Source of the DNA: Zootoca vivipara
Lineage: Eukaryota
Length of the DNA stretch: 64,000 nt
Direction of reading: 5' to 3'
Assembly: GCF_963506605.1 (NCBI RefSeq)
Contig: NC_083283.1
Span: forward strand, 47,678,001 to 47,742,000
The notes beneath the pieces are model-generated. The model made no database searches, was not told where the DNA came from, and saw only the letters and a list, made by a program, of their open reading frames with translations. The position numbers and the translations under genes were made by a program. This document shows, piece by piece, positions 37,375 through 50,828 of this stretch (positions within the stretch are counted from its first letter, which is position 1; every line of letters begins with the position of its first letter).

Positions 37375-37631
37375 TGTTGCTTGGTCCCTGTTCCTGCCAA
37401 CCTAGCAGTTCGAAAGCACATCAAAGTGCAAGTAGATAAATAGGTACCTCTCCGGCGGGAATGTAAATGGTGTTTCTGTGCGCTGCTCTGGTTCACCAGA
37501 AGCGGCTTAGTCATGCTGGCCACATGACCCGGAAGCTGTACACCGGCTCCCTCGGCCAATAAAGCGATATGAGCGCCGCAACCCAAGTTGTCCGTGACTG
37601 GACCTAATGGTCAGCGGTCCCTTTATCTTTT
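37375..37631 (+). mobile_element. Sauria SINE, 5'-truncated
   Basis: Body and tail; TSD taatacc (37368-37374, 37632-37638). Confidence 0.93.
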
Positions 37632-38195
37632 TAATACCCCATACACTCATAATAGACCAATTGGAATTAATGAACATTACTAAGTTCCATTAATTTCAAT
37701 AGGTCTATTTTGAGTAAAACGTAATTAAATCTCTGTTTTGTGGGCTGTTGTAGTAGGGTAGCTGTAGATTGGAATGGATTCTGTGTGAAGAGGAGACATC
37801 TGTTATTGTCTGGAATGCTAGTGAAACTATTTCTAATATCAATTCTTTTTGGAAACGTTTAGGTACTATTTTGGTGGTAACTTAAAATTCAGCATTTTGG
37901 AGCAACATATATAGAGCTTATAAATCTCCCTGTATATTAGTAATTTGGTTTTGGTTTTATGGAAATGAAATTTGCATACCTAGTTAAAAATAAATTATCT
38001 GTAATCAAGTATGTAAAACATTTTTTCTCTGATAGAGCTGTATTTGATATGAAATCAACCGGGCTTAAATTTAGTGTAATTGCATGTAATGTTCCTTGTT
38101 CATGAATGTACCAGATTTACAGAAACGTATTTGCAAAAATAATATATTTCCCACCATGCCAAAAAATAATAATGAAATCCAGAGGCATATCTTTT

Positions 38196-38968
38196 TCACT
38201 GGGGTCCCCATAACCAGCAACCTTTCCGTTGATGCTGAGCTGAACAACCAAGGCAGCTATGGCAATAACATGCCACTCCAAAAGGTATGAGATAACGTGA
38301 TGCTAATGACCGATACCAAGTTTAAGGTCTCCCAGGCTTGTGTTCAGCATGCTACTTTATGGTGGTGGGACATGGACAACTTACACCCATCTGGAGCTGT
38401 GCCTCAATACCTGAACAAGCACTGCGTCAGGAAGATTTTGGGCATCACATGGCAGGACAGAGTCTCAAACAAAAACATGCTCTCCTACGTCCACATTTCC
38501 AGCATGTTTGCACTCCTTTCTCAGAGACGTCTACACTGGCTTGGTCATGTCTACAGAATGGCAGGATCCCCAATGACATGCTCTTTGGGGAGCTGGCTTC
38601 AGGCACCAGGTCCATTAGCAAGCCAGCTCTGTGTTACAAAGATGCCTGCAAACATGATATGAAGTCCGGCAACATCAACCCTGCTGTGTGGGAATCCCTT
38701 CTGTACGACCACAGTGCCTGGAAACAATCAGGCAGGTCATGTATCTATAGCAGTGACCAAAGGAAGAATGACCGCAGAAAGAAGCAACACTTTGGTACAC
38801 CTGCATCAGCAGAACTGGATGCCTTAATCTGCCTCAGCTGCAACAAAACATGTCTCTCCCATATCAGTCTCTACAACCACAGCAGGCACTGTAATTCTCC
38901 TATGGTTTGACCTCACCCCAGAAGGCGCACTATTTCATTGTCTCCCAAGGCAGACAGATGCCACCATC
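38196..38968 (+). mobile_element. RTE LINE 3' fragment (frameshifted RT C-terminus)
   Basis: RKILGITWQDRVSN...QRRLHWLGHVYRM / GRIPNDMLFGELASGTR...YKDACKHDMK, C-terminal C2H2-like C..C...H and RTE 3' terminus. Confidence 0.93.
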
Positions 38969-40568
38969 CTTTCCCTATACCTAGAGGAATTATAATTAAT
39001 TTGTTTAGGAGTTGTTGTTAGAACTGATTGTGACCAATGTATGTCTGTTTGTCCACCCATCTATCTAAATTCTTGTATTAGATTTAACACTGATTGTAGG
39101 GTATTGCCAAGCAGATAAAAAGTGTGAAGGCCTCTTAGATCCTTAACTGATTTATTATGACATTTTATCCCCAGACTGCCTTTTCCTGCAGTCCTAATAC
39201 CATTGCTGATAATGACATGCTATAGTGTGATAGAGCTTGGGCTAATCCTGGGGTTTAAACAAATGATTCTCTATTATCTCTGTTCTTCGAATGTGCTACA
39301 TCAGAAATCTGCTGGATTAATGTAACATAGCTACTGCTAATTGCTGACACAGAAATATTTAAGCCATTGAAGCAATCACAGGAATGCAAAAAAGGAGATG
39401 TTTTCATAGCTTTCCAGCGCACTCTGCTAATCAGTCATGGTAATTCTGAGAATAAACAGTGCATGTCTGCTGTAAAGAATCTTTTAAATTGTTTTTATTG
39501 CTTGGTGCCAAATGAAGTCGGCTTTTCACACCTTTAACTGTTTGTTTTCATGTTAATAGACGTATTAAGGAATTTAGTCACTGATGCTAAAGGTGCGTTA
39601 AATGCTTAACTTTTTTATTCAGATACAGTACAAAATTAATACAGTAGGAGCACAAATATAATGAAACACCTAGTGAAAGAATAGTAAAGGTGGTCTGGAT
39701 TGTACAGACTGATTTTTAAAGAGCTAATAGCTGGATTCTCCAGCCAGGCAAAACCCACCACCCCTCGGAACAGTTCTAAGAAGGCAGGCAGGTGGGGCAT
39801 TGCCATTCACCCTAATACTGGCCTCCACTTTCTGAAGGGAAGCATGTATGCAGGACAGATGCTGCAGAAACAAGAAAAAAAAGAATGATTGAGGGGGAAT
39901 ACAATCACTTCTCATTCAATTCAGTCATAGAACAGTTCTAGTTGAGAAAAGTAAGAGAATAGCAGGAGTGGTCAGTAGGCAGCCTCTGGCCTGAGGTGTG
40001 TGATTTTTGTCGTCCTTTTTTGCTAACAGTTAACAGGTTCAAAGAGAGGAGACTTGAGAATATTACTAAGAATCTGCGGTCTGGTAGTCAGCGGCACATT
40101 CTCATCTTTCCTTCTCCTATGGGAAATGAGAGACGGAGTAGACTAAGACTGAAGTGCCAGGGAGAGGGGGCTGGAACCTTTGAACAAGGATAAGAATGGA
40201 ACAAGGCAAAAAAGGAGAACAGTGGGCTGCAGTTCACACCAGTGCAGAACTCTGTATTGTAGCTCAATGTATTTCGAAGAAGAAGAAGAAGAAGAATAAG
40301 CCTTCTTCAGAAAGGGATACATGCTCATCCCAGATAGTTATCATATTATAAACAAGAATTAGTGATTGGGAAATAGTTTGCGATTTCTTTTTTGTATGTA
40401 AAGGAATGCTTAGTTTTAAAGTTAGATTAATTTAAAATTCTTTCATAAAATTGTTGGTAATCAGACCTTGACTTAGAAATTAAATAAATTATTTCTAAAG
40501 GATAAAACAATACGAGTGCATCTTTATTCTTGAGGAATATCTCAAAGCTACCTCCAGAGTCCTGTACA

Positions 40569-40658
40569 CATAGCTGCCAAGTTTTCCCTTTTCTCGCGAG
40601 GAAGCCTATTCAGCATAATGGAAAATCCCTTTAAAAAAGGGATAACTTGGCAGCTATG
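40569..40658. mobile_element. 90-bp MITE, 8-bp TSD (hAT-like), second copy
   Basis: Same TIRs as 34455-34544; perfect TSD cctgtaca; two substitutions between the copies. Confidence 0.95.
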
Positions 40659-40674
40659 CCTGTACATGTACTGT

Positions 40675-41052
40675 AAGGACGCGGGTGGTCCTGTGGTCTG
40701 AGCCTCTTGGGCTTGCCGATCAGAAGGTCAGCTGATCGAATCCCTTCGATGGGGTGAGCTCCCGTTTCTCTGTCCCAGCTTCTGCCATCCTAGCAGTTCG
40801 AAAGCATGCCAGTGGAAGTAGATAAATAGGTACCGCTGCGGTGGGAAGGTAAACAGCGTTTCCATGTGCTCTGGCACTTGTCGCGGTCCGTGCGCCAGAA
40901 GCAGCTTAGTCATGCTGGCCACATGACCCAGAAAGCTGTCTGTGGACAAACGCTGGCTCCCTTGGCCTGAAAGCGAGATGAGTGCCACAACCCCAGAATT
41001 GCCTTTGACTAGACTTTATTGTCATGGGGTCCTTTACCTTTTTACCTTTACT
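40675..41052 (+). mobile_element. Sauria SINE, full length (longer subfamily)
   Basis: ggacgcgggtgg head to (ACCTTT) tail; TSD tgtactgt (40667-40674, 41053-41060). Confidence 0.95.
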
Positions 41053-44000
41053 TGTACTGTGAACACAACTGACTTTACCAGTGATCCCCCCCCCCAATAT
41101 TGCATAGCTTACACAGATGCAATCTGTTTAAATGCAAGAAACAAGGAGTGTAATATGTTTAAAAGTTTACGAGCATTTTGGTGTCCAAGTATATTCAGAT
41201 GATTTGAACTTTTAAAATGTAATTGCAGTGACCCTTAATGAATAATAACAACAGCAAGATAAATGGAGGGAAAGCAGTACAATGCTGATGCTTTATGTAA
41301 CAGCCACAGCTACACTTATTCCTTCATCTATTTTCAGGTGAAGCGGCTTAATTTGACAAACCTTTTGAAGTCTGCACCACAGGATGTATTTGGAATTGGA
41401 TTACTAATCCAATCATGACAGGAATTAAAGTTGATGTATCTCATAAGTAGTTTTATTCTTTGCCATGCAGCCTTCCTAAGAAAAACGGATTTTATGATAC
41501 CACAAATATTGCTCAGGGAGAAAAGCAGCAGGCATCCTATGTCAAGTCCGGTTTCCCTTGTCTAAATGGAATTAGTTTGCCTTAAACTATGAATGACTCT
41601 GCTTTGTAAGCTGCTGGTTTGAAGGTAGGGAGAACTTTTGCTTTATGAGAAACAGTGTCTGTATGCCTTGCCCCTGCTCTACGATGACTCAATATTGTTT
41701 ATTCTCTAGTAAATAGCTTGTTAGTATCTGTCATAACTCCAGGGTCAGACTCCCCTTCTTCAGGCAATAATGCCAAAGAGTAGGAGAGGAGATAGCCAAC
41801 CCTAGGAGAGATTAACCAGTTTGAAATACTGCAAAAAGATGCTTAGTACCAGTACATCTCTGGCTTCATGATGTTGTGTTGTTTTCTTCTCATTTGGAGA
41901 ACACTAGCCCTAGGGCCTAGTGCAACTATAGTCTCTCCTGCTCTGTTAGAGTAAATTTGAAGCCCATAAATGTTGCAACCTGTCTTTGTGCCAAAATTTC
42001 CTTGCGCAGTTCCATAGGCCTCACTCCACCCAGCATGCATCAGCTTTCAACCTGACAGTGCAAATCTATGCATGTCTACCCAAAAGTTAGTACCACTGAG
42101 TTTAGTGGGGCTTACTCCCAAGTAAGTGTCAGCAACCAAATTGCATCTTAAATCAGATGTGTGTGCAAGCTGGTTGCACAGATGCCAATGGGATATTTTC
42201 TCTCAAATACTTGGGAACAAGGACAGCTTTCCTTAAAACGCGTTTACATGAGAATATGCTTTCACAATCTCAACCTGTAATCCCATTGAGGAAGCAAATG
42301 CAATTGAACAAAAAAGGAAAAGGAGGGTTTTGCTTCCCGAGTAAAAAGGAAAAAAAAAGGCCTGCAACAGAATTGTGGCTGCAGGGAGTGTTTTCCATTT
42401 AGTGGAAGGAGGAGAGCTTAGCTGGTTTGCAGAGAGGCCTAGAACAAGTGGATCATCATCTTCCAACTGGACAAGGCTGAGCCTGGGTGAGACAGACCTC
42501 ACGTTTCCCAGAAATCATCCTCTCTCTTCGATTGCTAATGGCATGGGCTTGCATTAAAGCAGCAGTTTAAAAGACCAAGCATGGAAGAAGCAGTGAAGGG
42601 GAAAGACAGCACTACCTGCTCTCAAAATGTAGCAGAGAGAGAGAGAGAGATAGAAAGAAAAGTGATTTGCTCAGAGGGAAATTGACGAGAGGGATCTGAG
42701 CGCTCAGGCAGCCGGGCTGACTGTCTGTCCTATAGCCCAGTCCTACCCTTTTGTGTCGCTCCCTATCTTAGGCGTCAATTCAAGGACCACCAAAAAAGCC
42801 TCATTGACTGTATGCTGCCTGCAGGCCATGTGTTGGACCACCCTGCTCTAAGGAAATCTGGAGCTAGCTACTGAGACGGAGCTGCAGTTCTTACATTACA
42901 CTTAGCCTGAGGATGACTGCTGCTGAAGCAACATTTGTGCTTGGCTCTAATGAATTCTTCAGCCCGAGTACTGCAAGGGGTTGTCCAGAGTAGCCTTGTC
43001 TCTACTGAGGTGAGGGGTCACAACAGAAGAGTATTCATTATCTGTTACTAGTGGCACATTTTATCTCTACTTCCATTTTTGATTTTATATACAGTATTAA
43101 CAACCTACATTAGAAACATACCACCCTTCATCCATGGATCACAGGGCGGTTTGCAGTGTAAGAACAAAAAACAAAACAAACATCATAACAAACAAAACAG
43201 TAACTTATTCAATGTGGGTTCCTCCCTTCCTCCTCCCATGCCTCCAGATTGGGTGGGGAGGGTCAGTAGAAGCCCCAGAACTGCTCACAGGAGAGAGTCC
43301 TTTTCCATCCAGAAAGCTGGAATGATTTGGAAAAGTGGAAGCAATGTTCCAAGTATAATTCCACCCATAATTACTATTTGTGTCTGTGCTAGGCTTCTGC
43401 TTCCGCTGACCTCACTGGTACCGGTACCGGTAGTGTTTGTCTGTGATGTGTCTAATTCTTTATTTAAATGCTCTATGTTGGAATTCCAATAGCCAAATGC
43501 ATACTCTTCATGTATATTAGGCGAATTGTGTACATAGGCAATTTGTTTACTACTAGAGCTCACCAAATTATAATGAAAATAATACTATAAGGATGTGTTT
43601 ACCTGTTCCAAGAGCAATAAAAATGAGCCAGCATTTTGTTAAAGTTATTTTGTTATTTGAAAGTTTGTCGAAGTAAAGCAGATGCATTACAATAAAGAAA
43701 GAAATACCTGCCAAGTTAGCTCATCCTTAGATTCAAAAAAGTGAGGAAATGTATGCAGAAACAAAGCCCCATATGTTGTTTTTCTGATATGCTGAATCCT
43801 TTGTTGTCATACTCTTTATTGAGAGTACCTATCCTAAATGTGCAGCTGTTTAGATGTAACCCCCCCCCCATATATTCTGCTTTGTCTTTCTTCTGCAGTC
43901 CCCATCTGCAGAAGAATCTCACTTAGCTCTAATTTTTAAAACATGGTGATTACAAGATTAGGTTATATTATCTGTAGATAATGAAGTTATTTATGAAGCT

Positions 44001-44891
44001 TTTGTCATTAAGAATAATGGGATACAATTCCCTCTGCACCATTTCTGCACTAGGCCTATTGTAGTTTAGAAAGCTCTAAATCTGCCAAATCTGTGTCTCA
44101 ATTTAGTACTCCTATTTGGAGTTAATATAATCGCATACCTGTTGTTATGTGATTTGGAAATATTTAGGACCTGTCCACAATTTCCTGCTCCTAATGTCTA
44201 GAATGCCAACAAACTATGCAGTGTTTCCATAAACCCTTGCACCTAAATAATGTAGATCAAATGCCCGCCTTTAGAACATTTAGTACTAGAATGCTTATTA
44301 CTATATTAAAAATATTCTGGAGTTCCCTTAATAGTGGCTAGGCAAATGCTAAGATAGAGAAGAGAAGACTAATGCTATGTAATGGAGTTTACAAGTCTGC
44401 TGTACAAAGTCTATAGTTCTTAAGAACTTGAAACTTGTGCTTAAATGCCATTGTCAGAGAAGCACATACTTGAGCACAGTACCCCATCATTTCCCCTCCA
44501 CATGGAGAGTAGAGCTATGATTGGAGAACTGGATGGGGAAATGGGAGGCGTGCAAGGACCTGCCATTCCTTGCAATGTTCTCTTAAACTTCCTGTATGTG
44601 CGCCTATGCACTCAATTGCATAAGTAGGTACAATGAAAGAGAACAGAAGGCTCTCTTGTTCATAGTGGGACTCAGTGTGGGCACCATTCCCATGTTTTAC
44701 TAGACTAAGCACCAATATTTGTTTTGAGTCCTTTCTATTTTCCACAAAACTTTTAAGAGTTAATTTCATGTGGTATCTACTCTTTCTTTTCAGTAATAGC
44801 AACAGCAGCTTGATTTTTCTTGCTTTTGAGAATCGGGAAGCTGAGCTGACGGCAAAAGGATTGAGTCTAAAATCTTACATTATCCAACAAT

Positions 44892-45077
44892 TGTCCAACA
44901 AAGTCATCTCATTTGTGCAAGGGTGTCCATTTGTGCAAAATAACTTTCCCTTCCACTCCTCTCCTGAGAACCTCCAAATCTTCCAGAACAGATTTTTGCA
45001 GAGCACAGAAACACACAAGGGTGGGGAGTTCCACATAAGCGGAAGTCCTTCTGTGAACAGGATAACTTTGTTAGACA
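44892..45077. mobile_element. Old palindromic MITE-like repeat
   Basis: Inverted ends tgtccaacaaagtcatc / gataactttgttagaca with an internally self-complementary layout. Confidence 0.5.
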
Positions 45078-45789
45078 TAGCCCACTTTAATTGGCTATTT
45101 TATCAGAGAAGATTGCAATCTGTTGCAGGAGTAATTCTGGTGGGCCTACATAGATGTCTAACTTTTAATGCCTAAGTTTGCTGTAATTAGTTCCTTAACA
45201 TAGACAAATTCCCAACATAAGATAAAATCCTAAAGAAGGAAGCTGTAAGAAACAGATATGACTTTATCTGAAATGCACTTTAAGGAACCAAATTGACCAG
45301 ACTGTTGAGGTAAGTAATACTACTTAATTAAAAAATAGTACATGAAGTTGAATGATTGTCAGTCTTGTTTGTGTGGTTTATTTATTATGTTCAGAAACAT
45401 ACATACACACGGGGGGGGGCACTCATTTTTCCCATTTTCTTTTTGGTAACTCCTACATGTGAGACATTATTCATTTAGAAGATTAATTCATACGTAGGTT
45501 TCCCTTTGTAAGCTCAATAATGACACCTGCTTTAATAGAGTCAAAATTTCCTTCACATATCATGAATGTCTATGTTTCCAATGTTAAAGGGCTCTCTGAG
45601 TTCCCATCTCTCTTTCAGTCTTTCTGTTCTGTTTCTGTATTTCCTCTCCTACATACGTCACTCTTTTCTCTACTTCTGACCAATTTTGTCAGCAAAATCA
45701 CACAAAACTTTTACTTCTAGTTGTTGTTCAATAAAAGACTAGCAAGCCCTGGGGTAGAAATTTTGTTAGATTTCAGTTCACAGTTCAAT

Positions 45790-46160
45790 CACCTTTCTTG
45801 CTTTCTATCCCCTAAAGGGTGATTGGGTAGGCAAACAACATAAAATCCAGTAAAATCATATATACGGTAGCCAATAATTGAAATGATAGTTTAAAATACT
45901 GTAGTGCCTAAATATGCCTATTATCTTCCAAAGGCTTTGACAAATAAAAATGTTTTCAGGTTCTACCTGCACATGGCCACAAAAGGGGACGGCTTTATTT
46001 CACCCAGGAGGGTGTTCAGAGATGAAGTGCTGCGATGGAGCAAGCCCTCTGTCTCATTCACACTCTGCTGGTCCATCTGTAGTGGTGGTACTGTGAGAAG
46101 GGTCGTATTGGAGCATATAGAGAAGACCATGGAGGAACGGTTTCCCCTGATATACAGGTT
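45790..46160 (-). mobile_element. L2 LINE 3' remnant
   Basis: aaggctttgacaaataaaaatgttttcagg...gggtgttcaga...aagccctct resembles a reverse-strand L2 ORF2 end/UTR. Confidence 0.5.
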
Positions 46161-47817
46161 TTCTATGTGGAGCAACTTTCTCCCCCTTTTCTTTTTGTGT
46201 GGAAGAATGCTTGATAATGTGAGTCTGCACCTGCAGCTAGAAATAGCATTTCCCAGACACAGTTTTACTAGGCTGTCTACTGCTGGGCATGCAAGTAACA
46301 TTTCAAGATGGAAATAACTAGCCATGAACAATGTATTGCATAACAAGATCAGAACTAATTAAGAGCCTTCCAAAACCAACATTATCAACTTGTTAGAAAT
46401 ATAGAAGTAACAATAAAAAATCCCAATTGATTGGCTAAGAAGCGGTAACTTTATGAAGTAAAAAGTCTACGTACAGTATAAGATGGCTTATTCTGTACTT
46501 ATCCTAGACCATCATTTTTCTGAGGATTAATTTGACTTTGATATGTTCATAAATAAACTAGAACTGCTCAGTATTTATCACCTGGGTCCTTCTAAAGAGA
46601 ACTCTCAGATTGCTGCCATCAGCTTTTAGATGACAATTTAATTCAAAAATAAGTAGTTTAGAATTGCATTATAGTTCAGGTGTGACATGCTTCTTTGTCC
46701 CAGCTAATGAAAATAACTGTTTTTCATTTGGGAAAAGCTACTTATGAATCTGAGAGTAGTGTTTTCGTTGAACTGAAGTATTCCTCTTTGTTAAATCTGA
46801 AATCTTTCACATTAAATGCTGTAAGCATGCAATGTAGAAATAAATAAGTGAACATCTTAAAAGTATTCCATTTAGAAGGTGCTATTGAAAAATGTTCCAT
46901 CTTTTTTGTTCACCTTTTGTAAATGAAATTATTGCAGTCTTGTAGGATCTAAGCGTCCATGTTATCTTTAGCAGGCGGGATGTGGTAAATCATGCTCTTA
47001 GCGTTGCAAGAGATATACTGTTATGGAGGAGTGGGGGTGAATCAAAATTACTTTTACATTCGGGATGCCATTTCTGCATGCAGTAATAACCCATTATATG
47101 AGGGAACAATTTTATGATGTGCACAGAGAAAAAAGAACTATCTATAAAGCTATCAGCCTAAAAAAATTCTCTGTATCTCTGATGGATGGTGAATCAATAA
47201 TCTCCTGTCATATACAAAGTGGTCCATAAAGGAGTTCCATCTCAGTAGGGTAAATTGTGATTATCTCTCCTATGATAAAAATGTGTGATATGTCTCCAGG
47301 GCTCAACAACTCCCCACCCCCCACCCCACATTTTGTTTCAGATGGTAGCATCTGGAATCAGCAGAGAAAGAATAATGGCCAGTAATAAATTTTCATGTTC
47401 AGGTCTTTCATAATAAGGCAGGGTAATAAAAGGTCAGAAAGATATACATTGTGGATCTTGTTGCTTTTGCACATGGCTCTTTTCTTCCTTTAGTAGGAAG
47501 AGTTCATGCTGCAGAGGATGTTCTTGCTTTTTTTGTTTTGTTGCATCTTTAGTTTTATTGACCACAAACTAGAAGCTGAAATCAAGAACTAGCTTTATTC
47601 TGTAAATTTATGCCTTGGGAAATAAAACATTATTATACGTGGAAAGACCAAAGAGTGTATGTATTCTCCATGATGGAACTGAGTCTATGAATTGACTTGA
47701 TGGCTTTTTTTGTGCTTTTTATTTTATTTTTCCTCATTGCTGTCACCCCCTTCCTTTGTGTAACATTTCACCTAGTAAAAGATTGCCACACTTTTGTTGC
47801 TGGAAGTTGTGGATGTT

Positions 47818-47851
<34 letters not shown>

Positions 47852-47914
47852 GGTTTTTTGGTGTGTGTATGTATACACCCACACCCACACACCCACCCTA
47901 GAGAGAGAGAGAGA
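47818..47914. repeat. Compound microsatellite (GT)n / (CA)n-like / (AG)n
   Basis: Seen directly. Confidence 0.9.
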
Positions 47915-50454
47915 GGTTTTTTAAAAAAACAAAAACAAAACATATTTAGTAGTAATATGAAAAAAAACCTTTTCTAGTGAGTGAAGAACATTATGAAAAT
48001 GGTTGAATTAGAGCTATTAACAAGTTGAGGATTAAATATGTGCATTACACAATTCTTCTGTCTCCTACACCCTTTCCCTCATTGTCAGTGATTAGTTAAT
48101 TGTTTCAAACAATAGACATTTTAGGGATAAATTGTGCATTTGAATGTATAAATAGAACATGTGGATATACCAAACTTGATTGCTTTCTTATAGCTGATAT
48201 TTCCTTGGGTCAATTTAAGTTTTATGAGGGAGCCGGTGTAAATATTTGTGTGAGAGAGAGATGGAGAATGAGAGTATAAGCATGTTCAATGCCCATTGCT
48301 AGATCCTGTTTACTCTCACATAACAAGTAGATTTCTTCATGAGCTAAACATTTCCCCCAGGTAAAGTTGAAACAGTTTCCCACATATTAAATTCACTGTG
48401 GATCTGAATCACAGGTATTATAAATTATTTATTCAAAATATGTTTTCTATTTATTGTTCAACTGGAAGAAGCAGTGGCAGAATAAGTATAGGTCGTGTTT
48501 CTTCATGTCCCTAATTTTGGTTTCTTTAAAATTAAATCAAGGTATGGTAATAGGTTATTAATTTCTTCATAATTAGATGTACACGAAGTGCATTTAATTT
48601 TTGCATTGGATTTCTCTATTCATAGTAACTCAACAGAAACCAATGATTTGTTCCAATGATTTAAAGTAGACAGCACCTATATTTGATTGGAGTGAGTATC
48701 TAGGATTCCTGTGTAACTTGGAGATTTTATACATATAGTTGTTTGGAAAGACAAAATAGGTTGCTTAGGCAAGCTTATTCTCAAATGAATAGGGTTATGC
48801 CATGTTCATTAATCTTTGTGTTGTTGGGATGTAGTGCTTTATTTTCATATGTATACCGTTGGAGAAATTCTGGATGCCACATTTTTCCACATAATTTTTA
48901 TTGCCCCATAAGCAGCAGCATATTTTTTCTCTTCCTAACACTCACTGTCACTTTATCTAATCTCAAAGGTCCTTGAAAGCAAAACTGATAGTTTATATAG
49001 CCATCCCTAATATCATAACAGAATGAGGCAAAGAAGAATTTTCATTTGTTTTCTTCTACATCCATCTTTCATTTAGAGACATTGTGAAAATGTCATTTTC
49101 ACCTGCAGCATGCCTGAAAGAAGTGTTAATGAAATTATTAAAAGTAGACCTTTATGTTGTGGGGTGCAAATTGGTTTGACTCTATAATACAGATTGATAC
49201 GATTAAATGATTGTATTAACGGAAGAAAAATAAGTGAACAAATTTTTTCCCTTGACTTTGTTCAGGCTCATTTTCTCTGTCCATGCACAAATATTTAAAT
49301 AGTGGCACTGGAAGTTTCCTCAGAAGACATCTGAGTCAAACATAATTGTAATCTCCAGCCTCCTTTATCTCCCATGCAATTAAGGGGGAAGGTTGATTTT
49401 CCTAGACAGCATGCAAAAAGATGGTTTGTATCGTGTAATGACCTTATGGAAGAAAGTAAATTGACTTGCTTAGTGACTATATAATATTTAATGTGATAGA
49501 TGGTGCCAAAATCCACCTGTGCCAACAGGACGTTTAATATTCTGGACTCAGTCCCACAGCTCAAGTTCATGAGCTGTAATAACAAACTGGAGGGCTGTTG
49601 CTGCCTGGTTGCTTTTTTCTTCTAAACATCTGGTTATTAGGTATGAGTTTCTATGTCCAGAGTATTTGGGCTTGTATTTTACAGAATTTATGTAACCTGT
49701 TGCAGATCTTGTTTATCTGTCTGTATGTACTGTTAGTATGTACTTTTAAAGCAAAATAGGAAAGCCACTGATTTTGAACCCCATGTGCAACATGTTTTGT
49801 AGTACTATTGTTCAAATTGCATTCGAATTAAAAACAGTGTATTAATATATTGGACTGAAATGCATTTGGACTCTGCAGCTTGGGTGAGGACATTCAGGAA
49901 TAACCATATCAATAGCCCTAGTACTCTTGGTTCCAGGCATCAACCAGGGCCTTGTACAACTGCTGGCCAAGTCTGCAGGAAAATACCCTAGGGACATCAA
50001 GACGCCCTCTGGATTCATATGTTTATAGAACTGGACCATCAAAATAGGTGGTCTCCCCCTACAGAAGGTAGAAAGAACATAATGCCCAAACCTTCTCAGA
50101 TTACAATGGTGAGAGTTTTTCAAGGAAGGAGAAATAAGAAAGAAAGATTTTTTGTTTTGCTTGCTTATTGAAAGGTTTTACAATATTTTTGCAACAAAAG
50201 ACTCTTCCTCCCCACTGCTCTGTTCAAACCAACAGAAAAATCCATGGCGGATCCTTGCAACAGACATGTTAAAGAGCTGAAATAAGCAGGAGCGCCCATA
50301 ATGGCAGCTAAACCCTACCTTGCAGACTCTTGAGATACTGATTACACATAACTTATTGAGGAGATGGCCAAAGACACTTCAGTCTCCAAAAGGAGAGAGC
50401 AGGAAGAACTTACTAAAGACATGGTTACTAAGAGAAGAGCAGGAAGTTTTAAGG

Positions 50455-50590
50455 CAGGCATCCCCAAACTTCGGCCCTCCATATGTTTTGGACTACAATT
50501 CCCATCATCCCTGACCACTGGTCCTGTTAGCTAGGGATCATGGGAGTTGTAGGCCAAAACATGTGGCCGGCCGCAGTTTGGGGATGCCTG
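50455..50590. mobile_element. hAT MITE (136 bp)
   Basis: Perfect TIR caggcatccccaaact/agtttggggatgcctg; perfect 8-bp TSD ttttaagg. Confidence 0.95.
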
Positions 50591-50828
50591 TTTTAAGGCT
50601 TGAGCTGGTGAAAGCATCAGCAGAACATATGACTATCAGGGTGAAGGGAGTAGAACAGTGAGTATCAGACTTTGAAGACTGCATTCGCAGCAGAGATATC
50701 ATTCTGCAGCAGCATCAGAGAGAACTGGCCTTCTTACATTCAAAAATCACTGATCTGAAAAGGTGAAGCAATTTGTCCTTGGTGGGCATTCCAGATCATG
50801 TAGAAGGGACACAGCACAGTAAAGTTTC

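Noticed and set aside
38297-38910. 121-aa and 190-aa ORFs as a gene
   Set aside because: Frameshifted halves of an RTE reverse-transcriptase C-terminus
41338-41420. Possible exon after ttttcag (VKRLNLTNLLKSAPQDVFGIGLLIQS*)
   Set aside because: No convincing donor and no recognised protein; cannot be supported without RNA-seq
42413-42557. Possible terminal exon (…EGGELSWFAERPRTSG…)
   Set aside because: Weak acceptor and no recognisable homology
44675-45175. 166-aa ORF with a plausible splice acceptor at about 44793
   Set aside because: Non-ATG start, no recognisable homology, and it runs through a palindromic repeat (44892-45077)
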